The notes beneath the pieces are model-generated. The model made no database searches, had not been told where the DNA came from, and saw only the letters and a program-made list of their open reading frames with translations. Below are positions 50,546 through 58,695 of a stretch of DNA of 64,000 nt, piece after piece. Both the position numbers and the translations under genes were made by a program. Source of the DNA: Clostridia bacterium (GTDB lineage Bacteria > Bacillota > Clostridia > Christensenellales > UBA1242); the NCBI GenBank assembly GCA_050872785.1, contig JBNMHO010000003.1, positions 12,554 through 76,553 of the forward strand. The letters are read 5' to 3'. Position 1 is the stretch's first letter; each line of letters starts with the position of its first letter.

Positions 50546-52096
50546 TTGAAAAAGAAGATTTTTTCGTTGATACTCACAGCAGTTCTTATTGTGACAGCCT
50601 CTGTCGCAATGGTCTTTTATGCTTTGGCTGCAACCCAAATCAACCTAAAATCTACCATTGAAGTTGGTTATACTGCAGCACCAAATGTCGTCTGCGAAGC
50701 CAGTGCAACCTATCAACTGGAAAAAGATGCCTCGGCAACTGCCTTTACTTCTGGTGGACAAAGTTTCGCTTACATAGACTCTCAAACAACAAAAACACTC
50801 ACCGCCAGCAACTCTGCCTTGGTGCTTAATGACATGACCAGTTCATATGTCATATTCACATTCACATTTAAGAACAAAAACTTAATGTCAACTTTCAATC
50901 TTAACATCAAACTTACAGACAATTCACTCTGCTCAAATATGACAAGAAAATATTATTTTGGCTCACTTTCTTCATCAAACCTTGCCAATCTCGCCAGCCA
51001 AATAAAATCTAACGGCGTTGACTACTCCGCACTTTCAAGCCAAACCTTAACTCTGGGCTATCAAGAAACTGGCAAAGTCTATATGCTTGTGGAAATCATT
51101 TCTGGCCTTAAGGGAAGTTACACCGCAAACACCGCAAATGGCTTCAAATTTACGCTTACAACCACCACGGGGGGGGGGGTAGCCTTTCTTAGCAGTGACT
51201 GGAAAGACCGCCTTAACATAGGTATAGAAAATATAGAAGACAACAATGTAACAACCCTTATTTTTACAAAAGACTCAGCCCAAACAAGCGGACTTTCAAA
51301 TAGCAAGTCAGTTGGCACAAACAGTGCAACAAGCACTTCTGCCTACACAACAGCCCCAGGAATTTCTGATGTTACAGCCTACTGGAATAGCAACAAGTCA
51401 AAAATTGTTATTTATTCACCAAACACCATTTATGCCCCACAGAGCTGCTATCAATTGTTTGATCTTTGTGAAAAAATGACAACCATAGATTTATCCAACT
51501 TTAATACTAGCATTGTGACCGATATGTTTTGTATGTTTTCTGGCTGTAAATCTCTAATAAACCTAGATTTAAGCAATTTTAACACCAGCAATGTGACGAA
51601 TATGTGTGAAATGTTCTTGCGTTGTTCTGGACTAACCAGTCTAAACTTAAGCAATATTGATACAAGCAAAGTGACGGATATGGAGGGTATGTTCTATAAT
51701 TGTTCTGGGTTAACCAGTCTAAACCTAAGCAATATTGATACAAGCAAAGTGACGGATATGGGGATTATGTTCAGCGGTTGTTCTGGGCTAACTAGTCTAA
51801 ACCTTGGCAACTTTAACATGCAGGCCTGCACTAATTTTTATTACATGTTTGATGATTGCTCCGCCCTTAATTCAATAACTCTGCCATACAACTTGCAAAG
51901 CGGAAAGACAATAGACCTGCCAAGTCTAGATAGTGGATATTATTACACTGCCGATACTTCTGACATTTCCGTAGGTGCTTATTCTTTTACAAAAATTGGA
52001 ACGGAAACTAATCTCGCAAATAATGTTATAGCTTGTTCAACAGCAAGCAAAAAAGTAGAGGTGTGGAAAAACTCTGGTACTCCTGATATAACCTAA
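50546..52096 (+). CDS. Surface protein: ~210-aa N-domain + in-frame poly-G hinge + BspA/DUF285-like LRR repeats (phase ON)
   Basis: Signal helix; TTTGGGV encoded by G11; 26-aa repeats LxxLNLSNxxTSxVTxMxxMFxxC. Confidence 0.85.
   Translation: MKKKIFSLILTAVLIVTASVAMVFYALAATQINLKSTIEVGYTAAPNVVCEASATYQLEKDASATAFTSGGQSFAYIDSQTTKTLTASNSALVLNDMTSSYVIFTFTFKNKNLMSTFNLNIKLTDNSLCSNMTRKYYFGSLSSSNLANLASQIKSNGVDYSALSSQTLTLGYQETGKVYMLVEIISGLKGSYTANTANGFKFTLTTTTGGGVAFLSSDWKDRLNIGIENIEDNNVTTLIFTKDSAQTSGLSNSKSVGTNSATSTSAYTTAPGISDVTAYWNSNKSKIVIYSPNTIYAPQSCYQLFDLCEKMTTIDLSNFNTSIVTDMFCMFSGCKSLINLDLSNFNTSNVTNMCEMFLRCSGLTSLNLSNIDTSKVTDMEGMFYNCSGLTSLNLSNIDTSKVTDMGIMFSGCSGLTSLNLGNFNMQACTNFYYMFDDCSALNSITLPYNLQSGKTIDLPSLDSGYYYTADTSDISVGAYSFTKIGTETNLANNVIACSTASKKVEVWKNSGTPDIT
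51169..51179 (+). repeat. Poly-G (G11) tract in coding sequence, in frame
   Basis: accaccac-GGGGGGGGGGG-tagcc. Confidence 0.95.
51467..51880 (+). repeat. 78-bp tandem coding repeats (about 5 LRR units)
   Basis: tgttctgg units at 51623, 51701, 51779 exactly 78 bp apart with near-identical framework. Confidence 0.85.
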
Positions 52097-52106
52097 TGAG
52101 ATTAAC

Positions 52107-52167
52107 AAAAAAGACCTTTTGATTGTCGCTTCTTCCCGTGGGAAGGGTGGGACTGAAAGGTCTTTTT
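52107..52167. terminator. Long bidirectional hairpin/terminator between convergent genes
   Basis: aaaaagaccttt...aaaggtcttttt enclosing cttccc/gggaag. Confidence 0.6.
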
Positions 52168-52185
52168 CTTTGCAAGAGATATGAC

Positions 52186-52341
52186 TTACTTGCTTTTTGC
52201 TTTTTGGATGATGTTTTGGGTTTCTTCTTTCAAGGTTTCTGCTGTTTTCTTCACTGCATTTTGCGCTGGTTTGCAAAGTGCCACAACAGTTGCCCCTGCA
52301 ATGCCCCCAAGCATTATTCCAAGCAACATATCACAGTTCAT
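52186..52341 (-). CDS. Small YtxH-like protein (51 aa; absent from ORF track)
   Basis: GGAGGT RBS; MNCDMLLGIMLGGIAGATVVALCKPAQNAVKKTAETLKEETQNIIQKAKSK*. Confidence 0.75.
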   Translation of the reverse strand: MNCDMLLGIMLGGIAGATVVALCKPAQNAVKKTAETLKEETQNIIQKAKSK

Positions 52342-52518
52342 ATTTTACCTCCTTGCAAAACTATTTTGTGCAAATTGGCTTTACTGTTGCATGGCAATTT
52401 TTGGCAAAGGCTTTTATTCGATATTTTTTGCAAAAATATTTTTTTTCTCTATTCATTTTGTTTGCCAGTTTTCAAAATTTGTTGTAAGATATATTGTATC
52501 AAATAAAGGTAGGTATTT

Positions 52519-53085
52519 ATGTTAGAAGATTTTGACATTAACTTTTTGGAATTTGAAGAAAATCTTTCCAAAAGAATTGACCGCATGAAATATGACTATT
52601 CCATTATCCGTGCGGGTAGGGCAAACCCAAGAATGTTAGACAAGGTTTGTGCCAATTATTATGGTGTTATGACCCCAATTTCACAAATGGCAAATATCTC
52701 TGTGCCAGAAGCCAGGATGATTGTTATTTCGCCATGGGACATTTCCACAGTTAAGGAAATTAACAAAGCAATTATGTCCAGCGACATTGGCGTAACCCCA
52801 ACAGATGATGGCAGACTTATTCGCCTTGTGTTCCCAAGTTTGACCGAAGACAGACGCAAGGAAATTGCAAAAGAAGTTCGCAGTCTTGCAGAAGAAGCTC
52901 GTATTTCTGTTCGTGGGCTGAGAAAGGATATTTTGGAAGTTTTCAAAACCGCTGAAAAAGACAAAAAACTGACCAAAGACGAACTTGAAACAGCCAATGA
53001 GAAAGTTCAAAAAATGGTTGACAAATATAACGGCATAATTGACGACCTTTGCACTTCAAAAGAAAAAGAAATTATGGAAGTGTAA
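52519..53085 (+). CDS. frr: Ribosome recycling factor
   Basis: IRAGRANP, LTEDRRKE, KEKEIMEV. Confidence 0.97.
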   Translation: MLEDFDINFLEFEENLSKRIDRMKYDYSIIRAGRANPRMLDKVCANYYGVMTPISQMANISVPEARMIVISPWDISTVKEINKAIMSSDIGVTPTDDGRLIRLVFPSLTEDRRKEIAKEVRSLAEEARISVRGLRKDILEVFKTAEKDKKLTKDELETANEKVQKMVDKYNGIIDDLCTSKEKEIMEV

Positions 53086-53095
53086 GAGGAATAAC

Positions 53096-53836
53096 ATGTT
53101 TTTTAAAAAGAAAAAAGAAAAAATAGATATGACACGTATGCCAAAGCACGTGGCGTTTATTATGGACGGCAACGGACGCTGGGCAAAAAAACGTGGCATG
53201 CCTCGTACCTATGGTCACAAAATTGGCGTTGACTCGCTGTCTTGCGTTGTTCGTCACGCAAGGGAACTGGGGATAAAAGTTGTGTCATTCTTTGCCTTTT
53301 CCACTGAAAACTGGAACAGGTCACAAGAAGAAGTCACCGAGATTTTCCGTCTTTGCCTTGAACTTTTGAAAAAGAAAAAGCAAGAATATCTTGACTCTGA
53401 CTTAAGATTTTGCGTGATTGGTGACTATTCAAAAATTGCCAAAGTAAACAAGGAATTGGTTGACGAAATTTCAGACCTTATCTCAAAAACAAAAAAACAC
53501 ACTGGCATGATTGTAAACATTGCCCTAAACTATGGCGGGCGAGCAGAAATCGTGCGTGCATGCAACAAAATTTTGGCAAATGGACTTAGCGAAGTTGACG
53601 AAAAAACTTTTGCAAAATATCTTGACGAACCAGAACTCCCAGACCCAGACCTTGTGATAAGAACCAGCGGGGAAATGCGAGTTAGCAACTTTATGATGTG
53701 GCAAATGGCTTATGCCGAACTCTACTTCCCAAAGACCCACTGGCCAGACTTTAGGGAAAGGGAACTTGACGAAGCCATTGTGGCTTATCAAAAACGAGAT
53801 AGACGTTTTGGCAAAATAAAAGAGCAAAAGGCTTGA
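53096..53836 (+). CDS. uppS: Undecaprenyl diphosphate synthase
   Basis: HVAFIMDGNGRWA, FSTENW, IRTSGE.R.SNF, RRFG. Confidence 0.97.
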   Translation: MFFKKKKEKIDMTRMPKHVAFIMDGNGRWAKKRGMPRTYGHKIGVDSLSCVVRHARELGIKVVSFFAFSTENWNRSQEEVTEIFRLCLELLKKKKQEYLDSDLRFCVIGDYSKIAKVNKELVDEISDLISKTKKHTGMIVNIALNYGGRAEIVRACNKILANGLSEVDEKTFAKYLDEPELPDPDLVIRTSGEMRVSNFMMWQMAYAELYFPKTHWPDFRERELDEAIVAYQKRDRRFGKIKEQKA

Positions 53837-53998
53837 AATTTTGCTCAAAATGTGATAAATTTGTGCATAAGTTGATGTTTTAAAATACATCTAAACCACC
53901 AAAATTACATTTTTCAACATATTTTGACAATTTTCTTCAAAAAATATGTGAATTTTGGTGGATAACTTATGACGACAACATGAAAGAAGGATAAAAAA

Positions 53999-54940
53999 AT
54001 GAAAGATAAAGTTAAAATTGGGCTTTTGCTTACGCTTGTTCTATGCGCAATGCTTGTGGTTGATTATTTCTCGGCCTATGTGTTTGACGCAATCATTTTG
54101 ACTTTTGCACTTTTTGCAACAGTTGAATTTGCACGTTTGCAACTAAAGTCCGGCATGCCATGCTTCAAATGGGTGCCAGAAATTGCCACCACTTTAATAT
54201 TCTTAACCGCAGTGGTGGGGTATCTTTGCTCACTCAGTGCAATCTTAATCTTTGTGTGCGAAGCAGTGGTTATTGGGCTTGTGTATCTCACAGTTTTCTT
54301 GGGTTCTGCCTTTGTTTTTAAAGCAGACACAGAACAGGACGAATTCCGCCAAGCGGTGGGAATGTCCACAACAAGATTTGCTTTTTTCAAATCTAACAAC
54401 ACACTTTTTGCAATATTGTATCCAAGTGTAATGCTCCTATTTATGTCCATGCTCAATCACTGCCAAGAATTGGGGCTTGTGGGCTTTACAGCCAACACAG
54501 AAGGCTCAAAAATGGGACTTGTTGGCATAATTCTTATATTTGCAATTTGCTGCCTTGAAGACACTTTTGCAATGCTATTTGGCACATGGATTGGTGGCAA
54601 AAAACTTTGTCCAAAAATCAGCCCAAAAAAGACAATTTCTGGTGCATTATTTGGACTTTTAGGTGGTATTTTAGGTGCAATTTTGGTCTATTTTGTGGCG
54701 GGAGCAATTTATAAAGATGTGTTCTCTCAAGTCGCATTTTGGGAGTTTGCAATAGTTGGACTTGTAGGTGCAGTGGTTGCCGAAGTTGGTGACATTTTTG
54801 AATCTGCCGTCAAACGCAAAGCGGGTGTTAAAGACGCTGGCGACTTGTTCAGAAGCCACGGCGGCGTTCTTGACAGACTTGACAGCATAATTTATGCCAC
54901 TCCATATGTCTTTGTTTGCTTGCTTTTCTTGTTTGGCTAA
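53999..54940 (+). CDS. cdsA: Phosphatidate cytidylyltransferase
   Basis: SPKKT..G, GDIFES.VKR..GVKD.G....HGGVLDRLDS. Confidence 0.95.
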   Translation: MKDKVKIGLLLTLVLCAMLVVDYFSAYVFDAIILTFALFATVEFARLQLKSGMPCFKWVPEIATTLIFLTAVVGYLCSLSAILIFVCEAVVIGLVYLTVFLGSAFVFKADTEQDEFRQAVGMSTTRFAFFKSNNTLFAILYPSVMLLFMSMLNHCQELGLVGFTANTEGSKMGLVGIILIFAICCLEDTFAMLFGTWIGGKKLCPKISPKKTISGALFGLLGGILGAILVYFVAGAIYKDVFSQVAFWEFAIVGLVGAVVAEVGDIFESAVKRKAGVKDAGDLFRSHGGVLDRLDSIIYATPYVFVCLLFLFG

Positions 54941-55051
54941 TAAATTTTGATTTTCTGTAAAAAATTAACTTGATAAGACTTTGAAACACGATGGTTTGTG
55001 TTAAATTGTTTGTTGTGTAATAGAAATATTATATAGGCAAAAGGGGAAAGA

Positions 55052-56347
55052 ATGAGTTTTTTTAGTTGGGTTTTGTATATCGCCATAGCCATTCTTGTGC
55101 TTATGGTTATGATAACTGTGCATGAGTTTGGGCATTTCACCGCAGGGAAATTATTGAAGTTTAAGATTAACGAATTTTCCATTGGCTTTGGCAAAGCATT
55201 GTTTCAAAAAAACATGAAAGACGGAACAAAGTTTGCAATAAGACTTGTTCCTCTTGGCGGATATTGTGCTTTTGACGGCGAAGACGAAGAAGGCGAAAAA
55301 GAAGGCTCTTTCAACTCTCAACCAGTTTGGAAGCGACTTATCGTGCTTTTCATGGGACCTTTTTTCAACTTTTTGTCCGCACTTCTTGTGTCAGTCATTT
55401 TTCTTATGTGCTTTGGCTATGCAGACAATGTTGTTGTTGCAAAAGTCAATCTTCCAGCATCAGCCACTGCTGAAACATGGCTTATGGAAGGGGATAGAAT
55501 AACTGCAGTAAATGGCACTACAACCGATTTTGTTTATGACAATTATTTTCACACACTCATCACCCAATATGACTATGACGAAGACTTTACAATAACAGTG
55601 GAACGAAATGGGGAATACAAAGACATTGTTGTTTCAAAGAAGATGTGGGACAATGTTCCAAGTCAAGTTGTAAACAATTTTACTTATGCGAAAAAATATT
55701 CTCTTGATGGCGAAAACTACAACTATACAATCATTTACAACTCAGAACTTGCAGGCAAGTATCAACTTGCAAAATTGGACGGGAATGGTGTGCCAGTTGC
55801 ATACTTTAATGCCGAGCAAACTCCAAACGGCTATCTTGTAAAAGAACCCGAACTTGGAAAAACATTCCTTATCGAATCAACTTCAGAATCGGCAGAAAAT
55901 TACAGTGATTTGACACTAAAATCTGCCATTATTGGAATTAACACTGCAAACTACAAATATGGCTTCTTTGAGGCCCTTGGTGGGTCGTTTGTGTTCTGCT
56001 TTAAATGGGCGTGGAAAATTCTTATAATCTTGTGGCAACTTATAACTTGTCAACTTGCCATCTCAAACATAGGTGGAACAGTTACAACAGTTGTTACAAT
56101 GGCTCAGGTTGCCCACACAAATATGGCAAATCTTCTGCTTTTATTCCCACTAATTTCAATAAACCTTGCCGTGTTCAATCTTCTTCCTTTCCCAGCACTT
56201 GACGGGGCAAGAATGGTGTTTGTGGGCATAGAAGGTGTGCGTGGCAAGCCAATAAATAGAAAAATTGAAGCAAATATTCACTTCTTTGGACTTGTTTTCT
56301 TGTTAGCCTTCGTTTTGATAGTTGACATATTACACTTTGTGCTTTAA
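55052..56347 (+). CDS. rseP: RIP metalloprotease RseP/RasP
   Basis: HEFGH, PLGGYC, PDZ-like GDRITAVNG, NLLPFPALDG. Confidence 0.93.
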   Translation: MSFFSWVLYIAIAILVLMVMITVHEFGHFTAGKLLKFKINEFSIGFGKALFQKNMKDGTKFAIRLVPLGGYCAFDGEDEEGEKEGSFNSQPVWKRLIVLFMGPFFNFLSALLVSVIFLMCFGYADNVVVAKVNLPASATAETWLMEGDRITAVNGTTTDFVYDNYFHTLITQYDYDEDFTITVERNGEYKDIVVSKKMWDNVPSQVVNNFTYAKKYSLDGENYNYTIIYNSELAGKYQLAKLDGNGVPVAYFNAEQTPNGYLVKEPELGKTFLIESTSESAENYSDLTLKSAIIGINTANYKYGFFEALGGSFVFCFKWAWKILIILWQLITCQLAISNIGGTVTTVVTMAQVAHTNMANLLLLFPLISINLAVFNLLPFPALDGARMVFVGIEGVRGKPINRKIEANIHFFGLVFLLAFVLIVDILHFVL

Positions 56348-56356
56348 AATATATAC

Positions 56357-57934
56357 ATGGCAACAAAACAAGAATTTTTAAATTATATAAACAAAAAAAC
56401 TTGCGACAAATTCAGTTTTATCAGACTGAAGCAAGTTTTTTTTGATGCTACAAAGAATTGTTGTAATATCCAGTTTATTTATCCCGCCGAAAAGACCTTG
56501 ACCGATGACGATAAATTGGAAATTGAACGAGTAGTGAGGGAATACATCTGTGCCCCTTGCAGTGTGAATATTAGAATAAATAAAAGTTTTATTGAAGCGC
56601 CACTTATCTTGGAGCAAACACAAAAATTTCTTGCAAAAAACAATCCCATTGTGTCGCAAGCCTTGACAAAAGAGGATATTGTAATAAATCTAACTTTTCC
56701 AGTTGAGATAACCTTAAAAATGGAGCAATCGTTGGTTGACTATTTTGAAAAAAACAGTGTTGCTAGAAATCTTGAGAACGACCTAAAACAAAACTTTTGC
56801 ACAGAGTTTGACATAAAAACTGAGTGTGTGGAAAAGCAGATAAATAGCGACCAAATGCTTGAAGATAGACTGCGAGAAATTAGACTTAAAAGCGACTTAG
56901 ACAGCCTTGTTGCTCAAAGTCACGACAAATATTTTGTGCAAAATAAAAGAGTTATTTTAGGCAAGGAAATTACGCTTTCTCCACGTTACATAAAGAGCGT
57001 AAATAGGGAATACGACACTTGTGTTTTGGGCGGAATGATTTGTTTCCTTACAGAAAAATCTTTTAAAAGCAAACGAACAAAAGTCAATGAAAATGGCGAA
57101 GAGGAGCCAATTCAGAAGCCATATTTTTCCTTGCAACTTAAAGACGAAACGGGAAAGATAAATTGTGTCGTATTTCCAAGCAAAGAAGGTTATCACAAAA
57201 TGCACTTACTATCAAACGGCAATACAGTCGTTGTTGAAGGGAAAATTACAAAATTTAATGGCGGGTTCGATATGACGGTTAAAAAAATCTCTCTTTGCGA
57301 CTTGCCAGACAAAAATGAAGTTGTAACGGTGGAAAATCAAGACGAAATTACAGATTATCGCTTTGTCAGACCACAAAAATACACAAGTGAACGACAAACA
57401 AGCCTATTTTTTGAAAGAAAGTTGTCTGAACAGGTGGAAAGAGGGAAATTTGTTGTTTATGACCTTGAAACAACGGGCGTTGACCCCGCACGTGATGAAA
57501 TTATTGAAATTGGTGCTTTGAAAATTGAAAATGGCGAGTTTAGCGAGTTTTGGACAACGCTTGTCAGACCTTCAAGACCAATTCCACCAGATGCAACAAA
57601 AGTTAACAGAATTACAAACGAAATGGTCGCTCATTGCTTTAATATCAGTCAACTTATCTCCGATTTTTATCTTTTCTGCAAAGATTGCACCATTGTTGGA
57701 TACAACAGCATTGCTTTTGACAACTTATTCTTGCAAAAAGCGGGCAATAATAGCAAAATCACTTTTGACAACCCCGTTTTGGACGTTTTCCTTATGGCAA
57801 AGCAAAAATTGAGGGGACTTAAGAACTATAAACTTGGGACTGTTGCAAAATTCCTTGACATTAACCTTGTTGACGCTCACAGAGCCTTAAATGACGTTAT
57901 TGCCACTGCCGAAGTGTTCTTAAAATTGTATTGA
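56357..57934 (+). CDS. PolC-derived protein: N-terminal domain + OB fold + DEDDh 3'-5' exonuclease; no PHP/polymerase
   Basis: LKDETGKINCVVF OB fold; YDLETTG, GYN..FD, HRALND exonuclease motifs; stop right after exonuclease; sits at the polC position (rseP...rimP). Confidence 0.8.
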   Translation: MATKQEFLNYINKKTCDKFSFIRLKQVFFDATKNCCNIQFIYPAEKTLTDDDKLEIERVVREYICAPCSVNIRINKSFIEAPLILEQTQKFLAKNNPIVSQALTKEDIVINLTFPVEITLKMEQSLVDYFEKNSVARNLENDLKQNFCTEFDIKTECVEKQINSDQMLEDRLREIRLKSDLDSLVAQSHDKYFVQNKRVILGKEITLSPRYIKSVNREYDTCVLGGMICFLTEKSFKSKRTKVNENGEEEPIQKPYFSLQLKDETGKINCVVFPSKEGYHKMHLLSNGNTVVVEGKITKFNGGFDMTVKKISLCDLPDKNEVVTVENQDEITDYRFVRPQKYTSERQTSLFFERKLSEQVERGKFVVYDLETTGVDPARDEIIEIGALKIENGEFSEFWTTLVRPSRPIPPDATKVNRITNEMVAHCFNISQLISDFYLFCKDCTIVGYNSIAFDNLFLQKAGNNSKITFDNPVLDVFLMAKQKLRGLKNYKLGTVAKFLDINLVDAHRALNDVIATAEVFLKLY

Positions 57935-58144
57935 TTTCTTTGGAATGGAAAAGTTGCAATTATGTGGCATATTTAAAAGAGTTTTAAGACAATAAAATGA
58001 CATTTTTGGGCAAAAAATGAGTTTTCGCAGCAAAAAGGCGAAAAATAGAGATAAATTTTTGAAAAAATGTGAAAAAAAGTGACACTGGGGCTTGATATTT
58101 GTAAATTGTTGTGTTAAAATAATTATGCTTTAAAATGTGTAGTT

Positions 58145-58169
58145 TTAAGAGTGGCTTGACCGCTCTTAA
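58145..58169 (+). promoter_or_regulatory. rimP-leader hairpin
   Basis: ttaagagtgg-cttga-ccgctcttaa, resembling the conserved AAGAGTGG stem upstream of Firmicute rimP. Confidence 0.6.
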
Positions 58170-58196
58170 TTGCTATTTATAGAATGGAGGGAAAAG

Positions 58197-58661
58197 TTGA
58201 AGCAAACTATTGCATCTATTGTTGAAGAAAACTTGAAAGATGTTGTCGCAAAATGCGGGTGTGAACTTTATGAAGTTGAATATGCAAAAAAGCAAAATGG
58301 CATGAATTTAACTTTGTTCATTGTGAAAAGGTCGGGCATCGTGAATATTGACGATTGCGAGGCCGTCCACAGAGCGGTTGACCCAATTTTGGACGAGATA
58401 AACCCAACGGGCGACACGCCATACACGCTTAATGTTTCATCACTTGGACTGGATAGACCAATAAAGTCGGACAAAGATTTTGAGTGGAACATTGGAAAAG
58501 ACGTTGATGTCAAGTTGTTTGAAAAAATGCAAAACAAAAAAGAGTTTGAAGGCAAAATTTTAAGTTTTGACGGAAAGATAGTCGCTTTTGATGTGGCAGG
58601 GGAAAAAATTGAAGTTCCAAAGACAATGATTGCTGGGTGCAAACTTCATTTGGACTTCTAA
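58197..58661 (+). CDS. rimP: Ribosome maturation factor RimP
   Basis: IDDCE, YTLNVSSLGLDRP; TTG start after GGAGG. Confidence 0.95.
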   Translation: MKQTIASIVEENLKDVVAKCGCELYEVEYAKKQNGMNLTLFIVKRSGIVNIDDCEAVHRAVDPILDEINPTGDTPYTLNVSSLGLDRPIKSDKDFEWNIGKDVDVKLFEKMQNKKEFEGKILSFDGKIVAFDVAGEKIEVPKTMIAGCKLHLDF

Positions 58662-58695
58662 TATGAAAGATTAAATTTAAGGAGAAAATATTAAA

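Noticed and set aside
51467-51880. CRISPR array or DGR template/variable repeat pair
   Set aside because: Repeats are in-frame 78-bp coding units without unique spacers; no cas or reverse transcriptase gene in the window.
52123-52525. Plus-strand ORFs of 127, 114 and 69 aa
   Set aside because: No RBS or motifs; the region is explained by the minus-strand YtxH-like gene and the frr upstream region.
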